Assembly: GCF_041886205.1 (NCBI RefSeq)
Contig: NZ_CP169029.1
Direction: 5' to 3' (one strand)
From: Escherichia coli
GTDB lineage: Bacteria > Pseudomonadota > Gammaproteobacteria > Enterobacterales > Enterobacteriaceae
DNA length: 64,000 nt
In this document: piece by piece, positions 51,961-64,000 of the stretch
Position numbering within the stretch: the first letter of the stretch is position 1
Layout: each line of letters begins with the position of its first letter
Program-made: the position numbers and the translations under genes
The notes under the pieces: model-generated
The model's input: the letters and a program-made list of their open reading frames with translations, nothing else
Database searches by the model: none
Told to the model about the DNA's origin: nothing

Positions 51961-53148
51961 TTAATGATTTACTTTATCTCCCCACCAATCCATCAACTCA
52001 ACTCTTTGAAGTAAATAAGTTGAACGGTTGTAAGCTTTTCGAACTTCATTTTTGTCTGAGTGTGCTAATGCTGCTTCAATAACATCAGAATTAAATCCGG
52101 CTTCATTGAGTGCAGTACTTGCGATGGACCGTAACCCGTGAGCAACTAATTTCCCACCATAACCAATACGCTTAAGTGCGGCATTAGCAGTCTGACTATT
52201 CATTGGTTGCTTAGGGTTATTTCTGCTGGGAAAAACATGTTCACGGTGAGCGCTGATTGGTTTCATCACTTCCAGAATATCTAACGCCTGAGGAGATAGT
52301 GGGACTATGTGCTCACGCTTAGCTTTCATCCGTTCGGCAGGAATTGTCCAGAGCTTTGCATCAAGATCGATCTCTGCCCACCGGGTACTGGAAGCCTCAG
52401 AAGGGCGCACAAGGGTCAGGAGTTGCCATTCGATTAGACAGCGAGTCGGAACAGACAGATTTGACATGACTAAAGAACGCATCAGCTTCGGCAATTCTTC
52501 TGGCCGCAACGTCGGCATGTTTTGCTTTTTGGGCTTCTCAAAGGCCATGCCAACACCGGATGCTGGATTGGCATCAATCAGACCAGTGTTTACGGCATAA
52601 ATCATGATTTCGTTAATGCGCTGCACCAGTCGACGTACAGTCTCAAGCGCCCCACGTGCTTTTATTGGCTCAAGGGCTTCAACCAAAGTTCGGGCTTTGA
52701 TTTGCTGAACGGGGATCTCACCGATGGCAGGGAATACATCTTTCTCCAGTGAACGCCAAATGTCTTTTGCGTAATCAGGGGTAACGCTTTTGCTTTTGAG
52801 ATGGAACCAGTTAGCGGCGACCGTTGAAAAAATACTGTCCAGAGCGATTTGCTGCTGTTCCTCTGCAACTTCGGCCTGAATTTGCGGGTCAATTCCGTTG
52901 GCTAACAAGGCAAGGTAATCCGCTCTTAACCCTCGGGCGTCAGCAAGTGAGAGGGCGGGGAAAGCACCTAGCCCCATCATTGTCCGCTGTTTTGTCGCCG
53001 GACGTTGATAACGGAAACGCCAGAGCTTTTTCCCGCTGGTTTTCACTATCAGGAAAAGGCCATCGCCATCATGCAGCGTTAGATCCTTCTCTAACGCTTT
53101 AGCGCGCAGAACTTCGGTGTTGGTCAGGGGGCGTGTTGTCCGTGCCAC
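51961..53148 (-). CDS. intA: P4-type tyrosine integrase, IntA (CP4-57)-like
   Basis: MARTTRPLTNTEVLRAKALEKDLTLHDGDGLFLIVKTSGKKLWRFRYQRP... resembles the IntA N-terminus; located immediately 3' of ssrA. Confidence 0.88.
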   Translation of the reverse strand: MARTTRPLTNTEVLRAKALEKDLTLHDGDGLFLIVKTSGKKLWRFRYQRPATKQRTMMGLGAFPALSLADARGLRADYLALLANGIDPQIQAEVAEEQQQIALDSIFSTVAANWFHLKSKSVTPDYAKDIWRSLEKDVFPAIGEIPVQQIKARTLVEALEPIKARGALETVRRLVQRINEIMIYAVNTGLIDANPASGVGMAFEKPKKQNMPTLRPEELPKLMRSLVMSNLSVPTRCLIEWQLLTLVRPSEASSTRWAEIDLDAKLWTIPAERMKAKREHIVPLSPQALDILEVMKPISAHREHVFPSRNNPKQPMNSQTANAALKRIGYGGKLVAHGLRSIASTALNEAGFNSDVIEAALAHSDKNEVRKAYNRSTYLLQRVELMDWWGDKVNH

Positions 53149-53166
53149 TGTGGCCGCTCCTTCATG

Positions 53167-53226
53167 AATTGGTATACGCTTTTAGGTATACATCCTACCG
53201 TATACCTAAACGTATACCAATAATCA
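53167..53226. repeat. GGTATAC-rich repeats between the integrase start and ssrA, probable integrase binding or attachment region
   Basis: aattggtatacgcttttaggtatacatcctaccgtatacctaaacgtataccaataatc; matches the repeat at 41826-41854. Confidence 0.5.
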
Positions 53227-53332
53227 CCGGATTTAGCCGGATGTTCTCGGACAACTACAGACACAAAAAAGCCCGCAGAGCTTGTGCTATACGGGCTTTC
53301 TGTACTTCACCGGACGTATCCGGATCATCATT

Positions 53333-53695
53333 TGGTGGAGCTGGCGGGAGTTGAACCCGCGTCCGAAATTCCTACGTCCTCGGTACTACATGCTTAGTCA
53401 GTCTTTACATTCGCTTGCCAGCTGCGGACGGACACGCCACTAACAAACTAGCCTGATTAAGTTTTAACGCTTCAACCCCAGGCAGGGCTTCCACGCGATC
53501 TCTTTTGGGTTTGACCTCTCTTGATCCCCGTCCTAAGAGCGGAGGCTAGGGAGAGAGGGCTCTAAGCAGGTTATTAAGCTGCTAAAGCGTAGTTTTCGTC
53601 GTTTGCGACTATTTTTTGCGGCTTTTTACGAGGCCAACCGCCCCTCGGCATGCACCTTGGGTTTCGCAAATCCCGTCGAATCCAGAATCAGCCCC
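53333..53695 (-). ncRNA. ssrA: tmRNA (SsrA)
   Basis: Reverse complement reads GGGGCTGATTCTGGATTCGACGGGATTTGCGAAACCC ... GGTTCAACTCCCGCCAGCTCCACCA, matching E. coli ssrA over its length. Confidence 0.95.
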
Positions 53696-53909
53696 AATGT
53701 GTAACGATAAGTATACCAGATTTATGAGCGCCATGACCAGCCTCAATGGCGTTATCGTTAAAGATTTAGCACCCATGTAGCCTGATTTTTATTCGATTAA
53801 GCAATGGGATGGCAACATTTTCGTCGGATGTGATAGCCAATAAGATGTTCATTCGCGCCGCCGGAGAGGGAGGCGCGGTGAGGAACTGGTCAATAATTGG
53901 AGTGCAGGT

Positions 53910-54392
53910 TTAACGGTGGGCGTTTTTCATGATACGCGCTTTATCCACCTGCCATTCGCGCTCTTTGATATCTGAACGTTTATCGTGCTGTTTCTTACCT
54001 TTGGCGACGCCGATTTTCACTTTGCACCAGGCATTTTTCCAGTACAGGGAGAGCGCCACTACGGTATAGCCTTCTCGATTGACGCGACCGTACAATGAGT
54101 CCAGTTCGCGCTGGTTGAGAAGTAACTTGCGGGTACGGGTAGGATCGCACACCACATGCGTGGAGGCCACTGCCATTGGCGTGATGTTTGCGCCAAACAG
54201 GAACGCTTCTCCGTCACGCAGAAGGACATAGCTGTCGCTGATATTGGCTTTTCCTGCGCGCAGGGATTTAACTTCCCAGCCTTGCAGGGCAAGTCCCGCT
54301 TCGAACTCTTCTTCGATAAAGTATTCGTGACGGGCGCGCTTGTTAAGCGCGATGGTCGCTGAACCAGGTTTATGTGCTTTTTTCTTCGTCAT
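53910..54392 (-). CDS. smpB: SsrA-binding protein SmpB
   Basis: 160-aa [36 protein letters not shown]... recognised as SmpB; adjacent to ssrA. Confidence 0.95.
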
Positions 54393-54523
54393 AAGCGTCG
54401 TGAATCATCGGTAATCTGAAATCGAAAACACCCCATATCAATCCTGCGGGGGACAAGGCTCTATCTTAGCATGAACCCGATGTTACCCAGCGCCGGGATA
54501 GCGTTTTTTTTACAGCAGGATAA

Positions 54524-55000
54524 ATGATATTATTTGTTGGATTTTTGTTGATGGAAATTGTTATGCCTCAGATTAGCCGGACCGCACTGGTACCCTACAG
54601 CGCGGAGCAAATGTATCAGTTAGTGAATGACGTTCAGTCTTATCCTCAGTTTTTGCCGGGTTGTACCGGAAGTCGGATTCTGGAGTCCACTCCTGGGCAG
54701 ATGACTGCGGCGGTAGATGTCTCTAAGGCTGGGATCAGCAAAACGTTTACTACCCGCAACCAGTTGACCAGTAACCAAAGTATTCTTATGAATCTGGTGG
54801 ATGGGCCGTTTAAGAAATTGATCGGCGGCTGGACGTTTACGCCGCTGAGCCAGGAGGCGTGTCGTATCGAGTTTCATCTCGACTTTGAGTTTACCAATAA
54901 GTTGATTGAACTCGCCTTTGGTCGCGTGTTTAAAGAGCTGGCGGCTAATATGGTCCAGGCTTTTACGGTTCGTGCGAAAGAGGTTTACAGTGCCAGGTAA
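54524..55000 (+). CDS. ratA: RatA (YfjG), ribosome association toxin, SRPBCC family
   Basis: 158-aa ORF recognised as RatA; synteny smpB-ratA-ratB. Confidence 0.88.
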   Translation: MILFVGFLLMEIVMPQISRTALVPYSAEQMYQLVNDVQSYPQFLPGCTGSRILESTPGQMTAAVDVSKAGISKTFTTRNQLTSNQSILMNLVDGPFKKLIGGWTFTPLSQEACRIEFHLDFEFTNKLIELAFGRVFKELAANMVQAFTVRAKEVYSAR

Positions 55001-55280
55001 AATTGCCGTTGAGGTGGCTTATGCGCTACCTGAGAAGCAGTACATGCAGCGTGTGACGCTGCAGGAGGGTGCGACGGTTGAAGAAGCTATTCGCGCCAGT
55101 GGCTTGCTGGAATTGCGTACCGATATCGATTTAACTAAAAACAAAGTCGGCATTTACAGCCGTCCGGCAAAACTAAGCGATAGTGTGCATGATGGCGATC
55201 GGGTGGAGATTTATCGCCCTCTCATTGCCGATCCGAAAGAGCTGCGCAGGCAACGAGCAGAAAAATCAGCAAATAAATAA
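54990..55280 (+). CDS. ratB: RatB (YfjF)
   Basis: GTG start at 54990 overlapping the ratA stop; product [27 protein letters not shown]... about 96 aa. Confidence 0.8.
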   Translation: MPGKIAVEVAYALPEKQYMQRVTLQEGATVEEAIRASGLLELRTDIDLTKNKVGIYSRPAKLSDSVHDGDRVEIYRPLIADPKELRRQRAEKSANK

Positions 55281-55289
55281 CAGACAGGA

Positions 55290-55317
55290 AAAAGGTGCTC
55301 ATTGAGCACCTTTTTTA
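55290..55317. terminator. Bidirectional terminator between ratB and bamE
   Basis: Hairpin aaaaggtgctcattgagcaccttttt. Confidence 0.6.
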
Positions 55318-55341
55318 ACGTTTTTGAGAGCAACTTTATTA

Positions 55342-55683
55342 TTAATTACCACTCAGCGCAGGTTTGTTATCAATGTTGGTCAACACACCGCTACTGTTAA
55401 AGGTCAGCGTCAGCGTTTGCTGCGTTACACCTTCATGACCTGGTTGCTGGCGGAAGACATAGAACCAGGTATTCGTACCAAATGGATCGGACATCAGCGG
55501 TGTACCCAATGCGTACGCAACTTGTTGTTGCGTCATGCCAACACGTATTTTGGATACGTCGTTAGCGGTCAGATAGTTCCCCTGGTTGATGTCAGGACGG
55601 TAAACCACTCGCTCCAGAGTGGAACAGCCTGCGGTCAACATCAATAGTACTGCTGCTGCAGCAGTCAGCGTTTTACAGCGCAT
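55342..55683 (-). CDS. bamE: BamE (SmpA) outer membrane protein assembly lipoprotein
   Basis: 113-aa ORF with lipobox LTAGCS; recognised as BamE. Confidence 0.9.
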
Positions 55684-55831
55684 AGTGATTTGATTCCTTT
55701 TCGGGCCCGAGCAGTACGTGGCTCATCTGTAATATGCCGATGATAATAGACCTTTCATCACTTTAAAACCTTTTGCTTTCCGGTCTTACGGCGTTTTGCT
55801 GTTTACTCTGACCGTGAAGCAGGAAAAAAGT

Positions 55832-57493
55832 TTACGCCGCAAGCAGTTCTTTCGCATTCGCCAGTGTGTTACGTGTGACTTCGCTGCCACCAAGCAGGCG
55901 CGCCAGCTCTTGTAACCGCGCTTTTTTATCCAGGGATTGCATATGCGTTTCTGTCATCGCACCATCGGTTTCTTTGCTGACAAAATAGTGTTGATGACCA
56001 CATCCCGCGACTTGTGGCAGGTGGGTAACACACATTACCTGAGTTGATTCGCCGAGTTGACGCAGCAGTTTGCCGACAACTGCCGCTGTTGGACCGCTAA
56101 TCCCTACATCCACTTCATCAAAAATCAGTGCCGGGGTTTCCATTTTACGCGCGGTAATGACCTGGATTGCCAGTGCGATGCGGGACAATTCACCACCGGA
56201 TGCGACTTTGGCAATAGGCTGCATTGGCTGACCAGGGTTGGTGGTTACCCGAAATTCAATACGATCGGCACCGTCAGCGCCCAGGTGATGCTCGTCAAAT
56301 TTAACATCGATCGTAAACTGCCCATGCGGCATTGAGAGCGCATGCATACTGTCGGTGATCAGCTGTGCAAGTTCTTCTGCATATTGCTGGCGTTGTTGGT
56401 GTAATGCGCGCGCGGTTTCCAGTGCCTGCTGATGATGTTTCGTTACCGCCAGCGCGAGCGTTTCTTGTGAGTCGGCCTGATCGTCCAGTTGCTGCTGTTC
56501 TTCCAGTAGCGACTGGTAATACTGTGGTAATGCCTCAGGGCTGACGTGATGTTTACGTGCCAGCGAAATCTGTTTTGAGAGGCGCTGTTCAAGTTCAAAC
56601 AGTCGGTTGGGATCGAGATCCAGATGATCGCAGTAGTGGCGAAGTTCATCGCTGGCTTCAGCAATCTGGATGGTAGCTTCTTCCAGCATATCAAGTACGC
56701 CGGACAGTTTGCTGTCCATGCCAATCAATTCGCTCACCAGTTGTTTAGCCGTGTAAAGCTGACTTTGCAGGTTTGCGTCTTCACCGTCGGCCATTAATGC
56801 CAATGCATTCTGGCTGGTAGTCAGCAATTGACCGCTGTTCGCCAGACGTTTGTACTCTTCGTCGATTTGCTCAAACTCTCCGGGCTGCGGATTAAATTCG
56901 TTAAGTTCTTTCAATTGGTATTGCAGTAGTTCCGCACGGGCGGCGCGTTCCTGACTTAACTGTTGATGATGCGCGAGGTCGCGGCAGCTTTGATGCCACA
57001 ACTGATAACGTGCGGTCATTTCCTGAAGCAGAGAGGTTTCATTGGCATAGCCATCAAGCAGGAATTTTTGGTGCTCGGGTTTGGTGAGTAACTGATGAGC
57101 GTGCTGACCATGGATCTGAATCAGCAACTGACCCAGTTCGCGCAGTTGTGACAGAGGAACAGCTGTACCGTTGATGAAACCACGGGAGCGACCATCGCTG
57201 CTGATTACGCGACGAAGCAAACATTCATGCCCGTCTTCAAGCTGGTTTTCTTCCAGCCAGCGCAGGGCCGCTGGCGTATCTTTCAGAGAAAAACGGGCGC
57301 ACAGGTCAGCGCGAGCAGCGCCATTACGCACCATGTCGGCTTCAGCTCGACCACCGAGACAAAGGCCGAGGGCATCTATCGCAATAGATTTACCCGCGCC
57401 GGTTTCACCGGTTATTACGGTCATGCCGCTGTGAAAATCAATCTCAAGCTCACGAACGATAGCAAAGTTGCTGATGGTCAGTTGTGCCAACAT
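55832..57493 (-). CDS. recN: DNA repair protein RecN
   Basis: 553 aa; Walker A GETGAGKS; SMC-like coiled coil; recognised as RecN. Confidence 0.95.
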   Translation of the reverse strand: MLAQLTISNFAIVRELEIDFHSGMTVITGETGAGKSIAIDALGLCLGGRAEADMVRNGAARADLCARFSLKDTPAALRWLEENQLEDGHECLLRRVISSDGRSRGFINGTAVPLSQLRELGQLLIQIHGQHAHQLLTKPEHQKFLLDGYANETSLLQEMTARYQLWHQSCRDLAHHQQLSQERAARAELLQYQLKELNEFNPQPGEFEQIDEEYKRLANSGQLLTTSQNALALMADGEDANLQSQLYTAKQLVSELIGMDSKLSGVLDMLEEATIQIAEASDELRHYCDHLDLDPNRLFELEQRLSKQISLARKHHVSPEALPQYYQSLLEEQQQLDDQADSQETLALAVTKHHQQALETARALHQQRQQYAEELAQLITDSMHALSMPHGQFTIDVKFDEHHLGADGADRIEFRVTTNPGQPMQPIAKVASGGELSRIALAIQVITARKMETPALIFDEVDVGISGPTAAVVGKLLRQLGESTQVMCVTHLPQVAGCGHQHYFVSKETDGAMTETHMQSLDKKARLQELARLLGGSEVTRNTLANAKELLAA

Positions 57494-57578
57494 AGTCGTT
57501 TTCCTGTATGAAAAACCATTACTGTTATTGTGTACAGTATAAACTGGTTTTATATACAGTAAAGAGGCTGGCGTAAAA

Positions 57579-58457
57579 TTAGAATAATTTTTTTGACCAG
57601 CCGAGCTTTGTGCTTAATGTATTGAAATAACTGTAATCTTTAGGATGAATCAGATTCAGATGGTAATCACAGCGACGAATCAAGACATCTTCACCTTCCT
57701 GAATAGGTAGTGCTATCTGGCTGTCGCAACTGATTTCCAGGTCGTTACGGCGATGCGAAAAACGCAGACGGATCGTGCTGCTGCTGTTTATGACCAGTGG
57801 TCTTGCTGACAACGTATGCGGGAACATGGGCACCAGGGTAATCGCATCCAGAGAGGGGGTCAGAATAGGACCGCCTGCAGAGAGGGAATAAGCGGTGGAG
57901 CCTGTTGGTGTCGAAATAATCAGGCCATCAGATCGCTGAGAAAACGCAAAGATCTCGTCGATATACACTTCGAACTCAATCATATGCGCCACTTTACCAG
58001 GATGAAGTACCACTTCATTTATCGCGGTGCTGATGCGCTTTTGGCAATCTTGCTGACAGACTTGCGCTTCCAGCAAAAAACGTTTCTCGCTGATGTAGTG
58101 ACCTTCCAGCACATCGGCTAATTGTTGCTGGGCGTTATCGGGGTCAAGATCAGTCAGGAAACCCAGGTTGCCACGGTTGATTCCAATAACTTTTATATCG
58201 TAACGGGCGAGCGTGCGCGCCGCGCCCAGCATATTACCGTCGCCACCAACGACTACCGCGAGATCAGCCAGTTGCCCAATCTCCGCGAGCGTGCCAGTTT
58301 TCACATTCTTCAGTTGCAGTTCGTGAGCGATTTGCTGCTCAACGATGACCTCGTAACCTTTTGTGCACAGCCAGCGGTAGAGCATTTCATGTGTTGTCAG
58401 TGCAGTGGGGTGCCGTGGGTGTCCCACAATGCCAATACACTTGAAATGATTATTCAT
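57579..58457 (-). CDS. nadK: NAD kinase
   Basis: 292 aa; GGDGN motif ([14 protein letters not shown]); recognised as NadK. Confidence 0.95.
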
Positions 58458-58546
58458 TTTTCCGAGGTCCTTGTTGCGAAGATTGATGACAATGTGAGTG
58501 CTTCCCTTGAAACCCTGAAACTGATCCCCATAATAAGCGAAGTTAG

Positions 58547-59173
<627 letters not shown>

Positions 59174-59195
59174 TTTCTGTTTTCGTAATAAATAA

Positions 59196-59229
59196 CGGCC
59201 CAGCATGCGAATGCCGGGCCGTTTTTTTA
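59196..59229. terminator. Bidirectional terminator between grpE and yfjD
   Basis: Hairpin cggcccagcatgcgaatgccgggccg followed by a T-run. Confidence 0.6.
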
Positions 59230-60489
59230 CTCCGCCACACTCTCGCGCAGCGGTTTCACAGGAAAAACTTTTACCTGCTTAATCATATTGTCCTGTACGT
59301 CGAGAATATCGATATCGTACTCGCCAATACGCACGCGGGTGCCAGCGACAGGGATCTCTTCCAGAGCTTCAAGAATGACGCCATTAACCGTGCGGGCATC
59401 GTCTTCAGGTAGATGCCAGTTAAAGGCTTTGTTGATTTCTCGCACGTTGGCGGTGCCATCGATAATCACCGAACCGTCGTTTTGCGGCGTAACCTCTTCG
59501 GCAAGTGTTGGCGACATCGACGTAGTGAAATCGCCGACAATCTCTTCCAGAATATCTTCAACCGTCACCAGCCCCTGAATGTCTCCATACTCGTTGACGA
59601 CCAGGCCGACTTTCTTTTTGTTGCGCTGAAACTTCACCAACTGTGTGCTGAGCGGCGTACCTTCCGGTACAAAATAGATCTCGTCCGCGGCGCGCAGCAT
59701 GGTTTCTTTGGTGAACTCTTTTTTCTCCGACATCAACCGCCAGGCTTCACGTACTCGCAGCATACTGATGGCGTCGTCCAGCGAATCACGGTAGAGCACG
59801 ATGCGCCCGTGAGGTGAGTGGGAGAGTTGGCGCAGAATCGATTTCCAGTCATCGTTGATATCAATACCGATAATTTCACTGCGCGGCACCATGATGTCAT
59901 CAACGGTCATCTTTTCCAGATCGAGCACAGACAGCAGCATATCCTGATTGCGACGGGAAATTTGTGAGCGTGATTCGTGCACGATAGTGCGCAACTCTTC
60001 TTTGCTCAAAGAGCCGCTAACCACGATATCGGTTTTGATACCCATCATGCGCATCAGCATACGGGTGATAGCATTCAGCAACCAGACCAGCGGCATCATC
60101 AAAATTTGCAGCGGAGCCAGCAGAAAACTACTCGGATAAGCGACTTTTTCCGGGTACAGCGCGGCAATGGTTTTCGGCAATACCTCAGCAAAAACCAGTA
60201 CGACAAAAGTCAGCACACCAGTCGCAATTGCCACGCCCGCATCGCCGTACAAACGCATCCCGACAATAGTGCCGAGCGCAGAGGCAAGAATATTGACCAG
60301 GTTATTGCCGATTAACACCAGGCTTATCAGGCGGTCTGGCTTACGCAGCAATTTTTCGACGCGTTTGGCCGAGCGATTACCCTGTTTCGCCATATGTCGA
60401 AGACGATAGCGGTTGAGGGTCATCATTCCGGTTTCGGACCCGGAAAAATAGGCTGAAATGACCACCATGATGATCAGAATAATGATCAA
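59227..60489 (-). CDS. yfjD: YfjD, CNNM/CorC-family inner membrane protein with CBS domains (UPF0053)
   Basis: 420-aa ORF with N-terminal DUF21-type transmembrane region then CBS pair and CorC_HlyC-like C-terminus; synteny. Confidence 0.85.
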   Translation of the reverse strand: MIIILIIMVVISAYFSGSETGMMTLNRYRLRHMAKQGNRSAKRVEKLLRKPDRLISLVLIGNNLVNILASALGTIVGMRLYGDAGVAIATGVLTFVVLVFAEVLPKTIAALYPEKVAYPSSFLLAPLQILMMPLVWLLNAITRMLMRMMGIKTDIVVSGSLSKEELRTIVHESRSQISRRNQDMLLSVLDLEKMTVDDIMVPRSEIIGIDINDDWKSILRQLSHSPHGRIVLYRDSLDDAISMLRVREAWRLMSEKKEFTKETMLRAADEIYFVPEGTPLSTQLVKFQRNKKKVGLVVNEYGDIQGLVTVEDILEEIVGDFTTSMSPTLAEEVTPQNDGSVIIDGTANVREINKAFNWHLPEDDARTVNGVILEALEEIPVAGTRVRIGEYDIDILDVQDNMIKQVKVFPVKPLRESVAE

Positions 60490-60533
60490 CGTAGTAGTAG
60501 AAATGTGTTCCAGGGGAAACTCCTTTTCTGGGT

Positions 60534-61325
60534 TTAGCTGATTAACTGCTGGACAATTCGGCTGCCGAAGTAGGCCAGTGTCAGAATTACCGCGCCCGCA
60601 ACGTTAAACCAGACGACGCGGCGTCCACGCCATCCTTCATGGTAATGTCCCCACAGCAGCACAATATAGACAAACCACGCCACGATAGAGAGCACAGCCT
60701 TGTCGATATTTTCCATGCTAAATAGGTTGTGCATGTAGAACAGGCCAGTGCAAAGCGTGAGCGTTAGCAGCACCACGCCAATCTGCGTGATGTGGAACAT
60801 TTTACGCTCGATACTCATCAATGGCGGCATTTCCTGGTTAAATGCCAGCTTCTTGTTCTTCAGTTGGTAATCAATCCACGCCAGTTGCAGCGCGTACAGG
60901 GCGGCGATAATTAGCGTGGCATAGGAAAAGAGCGATAAGCCAATGTGCACCAGCATCCCAGGCGTTGCTTCCAGATGGGTGATGTATTCATTGGGCATGA
61001 AGGTCGCCAGCGCCAGGTTGATAAGCGCAAAGGCATAGACAATGGGTAGCAGCAACCAGCCACGATTGCGAGAAGCCACAATGGTCATTACCGTACAGAT
61101 CATCAAACTGACCAATGAACCAACGTTCAGCAGGCTGAGGTTTTGTCCGCTATCACCGTCGGGTAGGATGCGGGCTTCCAGAGCGATTGCGTGGCAGACC
61201 AGCGCGATGACCGCAGAAATAATAGCCATGCGCCGCCAGCCGCCGTTTTTTTGCAGCAGACCGGGAACAATCAGCGCAAGACTGACGGAGTAGGCGACAA
61301 GCGCGAGCAGAGCAAAAACGGGCAT
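60534..61325 (-). CDS. ypjD: YpjD, inner membrane protein (cytochrome c assembly family)
   Basis: Hydrophobic ORF 60534-61400; start trimmed to MPVFALLALVAY (263 aa). Confidence 0.8.
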   Translation of the reverse strand: MPVFALLALVAYSVSLALIVPGLLQKNGGWRRMAIISAVIALVCHAIALEARILPDGDSGQNLSLLNVGSLVSLMICTVMTIVASRNRGWLLLPIVYAFALINLALATFMPNEYITHLEATPGMLVHIGLSLFSYATLIIAALYALQLAWIDYQLKNKKLAFNQEMPPLMSIERKMFHITQIGVVLLTLTLCTGLFYMHNLFSMENIDKAVLSIVAWFVYIVLLWGHYHEGWRGRRVVWFNVAGAVILTLAYFGSRIVQQLIS

Positions 61326-61491
61326 AGTAATGTCGACAGTTTGAGCAATAAGAAAGAGAAGCAGTATAGCGTCAGGTGAACGCTGCTCCAACCGTTGCAT
61401 AACAACAAAGACGCCTTCATGTTATACTGCGGCAAAATACTGATGATGTGTCGCGATTGCGGCCAACCGTTTCCACCCCAGGCGAGAGACA

Positions 61492-62853
61492 ATGTTTGAT
61501 AATTTAACCGATCGTTTGTCGCGCACGCTGCGCAATATCAGTGGCCGTGGACGCCTCACTGAAGACAACGTAAAAGATACGCTGCGCGAAGTGCGCATGG
61601 CGCTGCTGGAGGCGGATGTCGCTCTGCCGGTAGTGCGTGAGTTTATCAATCGCGTAAAAGAGAAAGCGGTTGGTCATGAAGTTAATAAGAGCCTGACGCC
61701 GGGGCAGGAGTTCGTCAAAATCGTCCGTAACGAACTGGTTGCGGCGATGGGCGAAGAGAACCAGACCCTGAATCTTGCAGCACAACCGCCTGCGGTCGTG
61801 CTGATGGCAGGCCTGCAAGGTGCTGGTAAAACAACCAGCGTTGGTAAACTTGGTAAGTTCCTGCGCGAGAAGCACAAGAAGAAAGTGCTGGTGGTTTCTG
61901 CCGACGTTTATCGCCCGGCGGCAATCAAACAGCTTGAGACGCTGGCAGAGCAGGTGGGCGTTGATTTCTTCCCTTCTGATGTTGGTCAGAAGCCGGTTGA
62001 TATTGTTAACGCGGCGCTGAAAGAAGCCAAACTGAAATTCTACGACGTGCTGCTGGTGGATACCGCTGGTCGTCTGCACGTTGACGAAGCGATGATGGAC
62101 GAGATCAAACAAGTCCATGCGTCGATTAACCCGGTTGAAACCCTGTTTGTGGTTGACGCCATGACCGGTCAGGATGCGGCCAATACGGCAAAAGCATTCA
62201 ATGAAGCGTTACCGCTTACCGGCGTAGTGTTGACCAAAGTGGACGGCGATGCCCGCGGCGGTGCGGCGCTCTCTATTCGTCACATCACTGGCAAACCGAT
62301 CAAGTTCCTCGGTGTTGGCGAGAAAACAGAGGCGCTGGAGCCGTTCCATCCGGACCGCATCGCGTCGCGTATTCTCGGCATGGGCGACGTACTGTCGCTG
62401 ATCGAAGATATCGAAAGCAAAGTTGACCGCGCGCAGGCAGAGAAATTAGCCAGCAAGCTGAAAAAAGGCGACGGCTTCGATCTCAACGATTTTCTTGAGC
62501 AACTGCGCCAGATGAAAAATATGGGCGGCATGGCTAGCCTGATGGGCAAGCTGCCGGGCATGGGGCAGATCCCGGATAATGTTAAGTCTCAGATGGACGA
62601 TAAAGTGCTGGTGCGTATGGAAGCCATCATCAACTCGATGACGATGAAAGAGCGCGCTAAGCCAGAAATCATCAAAGGTTCGCGTAAGCGTCGTATCGCT
62701 GCCGGTTGCGGTATGCAGGTGCAGGACGTTAACCGCCTTCTGAAGCAGTTCGACGACATGCAGCGCATGATGAAGAAAATGAAGAAAGGCGGAATGGCGA
62801 AGATGATGAGAAGCATGAAAGGGATGATGCCACCGGGATTTCCTGGTCGCTAA
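61492..62853 (+). CDS. ffh: Signal recognition particle protein Ffh
   Basis: 453 aa; GTPase motifs GLQGAGKTT, DTAGR, TKVDGD; Met-rich C-terminal M domain. Confidence 0.95.
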   Translation: MFDNLTDRLSRTLRNISGRGRLTEDNVKDTLREVRMALLEADVALPVVREFINRVKEKAVGHEVNKSLTPGQEFVKIVRNELVAAMGEENQTLNLAAQPPAVVLMAGLQGAGKTTSVGKLGKFLREKHKKKVLVVSADVYRPAAIKQLETLAEQVGVDFFPSDVGQKPVDIVNAALKEAKLKFYDVLLVDTAGRLHVDEAMMDEIKQVHASINPVETLFVVDAMTGQDAANTAKAFNEALPLTGVVLTKVDGDARGGAALSIRHITGKPIKFLGVGEKTEALEPFHPDRIASRILGMGDVLSLIEDIESKVDRAQAEKLASKLKKGDGFDLNDFLEQLRQMKNMGGMASLMGKLPGMGQIPDNVKSQMDDKVLVRMEAIINSMTMKERAKPEIIKGSRKRRIAAGCGMQVQDVNRLLKQFDDMQRMMKKMKKGGMAKMMRSMKGMMPPGFPGR

Positions 62854-62911
62854 ATGACCTTATGCGATAGAGTTATTAACTGCTGATTGCATTTTCTCCA
62901 GAAATCAGTAA

Positions 62912-63238
<327 letters not shown>

Positions 63239-63256
63239 TCTGTCACGGTGGTCATG

Positions 63257-63805
63257 ATGAGCAAACAACTCACTGCGCAAGCACCTGTTGATCCCATCGT
63301 TTTGGGAAAAATGGGTTCGTCTTACGGTATTCGTGGGTGGCTCAGAGTGTTTTCTTCCACCGAAGACGCCGAAAGCATTTTTGACTATCAGCCCTGGTTT
63401 ATCCAGAAGGCGGGTCAGTGGCAGCAAGTCCAGCTGGAAAGCTGGAAGCACCACAATCAGGACATGATCATCAAGCTGAAAGGCGTTGACGATCGTGATG
63501 CGGCGAACCTGCTGACGAATTGTGAAATTGTCGTGGATTCATCGCAACTGCCTCAGCTTGAAGAGGGTGACTACTACTGGAAAGACCTGATGGGCTGCCA
63601 GGTAGTAACCACTGAAGGCTACGATCTCGGTAAAGTCGTCGATATGATGGAAACCGGATCCAATGACGTTCTCGTCATTAAGGCAAACCTGAAAGATGCG
63701 TTTGGTATCAAGGAACGCCTCGTACCGTTCCTCGATGGGCAGGTTATCAAGAAAGTCGATCTCACTACTCGTTCAATCGAAGTAGATTGGGATCCTGGTT
63801 TTTAA
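63257..63805 (+). CDS. rimM: Ribosome maturation factor RimM
   Basis: [32 protein letters not shown]...; rpsP-rimM-trmD operon order. Confidence 0.9.
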
Positions 63806-63835
63806 ACCACCGGATAAACGGTAAAAGACGGCGCT

Positions 63836-64000
63836 ATGTGGATTGGCATAATTAGCCTGTTTCCTGAAATGTTCCGCGCAATTACCGATTACGGGGTAAC
63901 TGGCCGGGCAGTTAAAAATGGCCTGCTGAGCATCCAGAGCTGGAGTCCTCGCGACTTCACGCATGACCGGCACCGTACCGTGGACGATCGTCCTTACGGC
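63836..64000 (+). CDS. trmD: tRNA (guanine-N1)-methyltransferase TrmD, N-terminal part; continues beyond the window
   Basis: ATG at 63836; translation [55 protein letters not shown]. Confidence 0.9.

Larger units (their letters stand above)
41780..53332. mobile_element. P4-like satellite prophage integrated at ssrA (approximate left boundary)
   Basis: IntA-like integrase next to the ssrA 3' end; Psu/Delta/Sid-like genes; AlpA; alpha primase-helicase; TGTTCAC iteron clusters; matching 22-bp repeats near both ends. Confidence 0.8.

Noticed and set aside
61504-62118. 204-aa minus-strand ORF inside ffh
   Set aside because: Antisense to the highly conserved ffh gene; shadow ORF.

Overview
This window is an Escherichia coli-type chromosomal segment, in reverse orientation relative to the K-12 map, with conserved core genes at both ends and about 50 kb of accessory DNA between them. 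Left core (1-2090): nrdI (partial), nrdH, ygaM, ygaC, alaE. Right core (53333-64000): ssrA tmRNA, smpB, ratA, ratB, bamE, recN, nadK, grpE, yfjD, ypjD, ffh, rpsP, rimM, trmD (partial). Between them, left to right: (1) an ~8.5 kb block (about 2650-11150) with no credible genes and a composition unlike E. coli, sitting where stpA and the gab/csiD genes would be expected; (2) an intact GH13-like ygaQ homolog and the ileY tRNA; (3) a ~20 kb integrative island (13921-33929) bounded by the tRNA and a 47-bp copy of its 3' end, carrying a type I restriction-modification operon fused to a McrBC-like pair, a divergently transcribed reverse transcriptase-nitrilase fusion (DRT type 1-like) and a tyrosine integrase; (4) CP4-57-like remnants (ypjC-like ORF, pinH fragment, ypjA autotransporter); (5) a P4-like satellite prophage (about 41780-53332) at ssrA with primase, iteron clusters, AlpA, Sid/Delta/Psu-like genes, integrase, and a two-gene cargo in the Psu-integrase hotspot (a TPR plus HEPN-like protein and a PD-(D/E)xK-like protein). 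The hotspot cargo and the RT-nitrilase are the strongest candidates for a poorly described defence function; the ORF-free block is the most anomalous feature. All calls rest on reading the sequence and the supplied ORF translations against remembered protein families; no database search was run.
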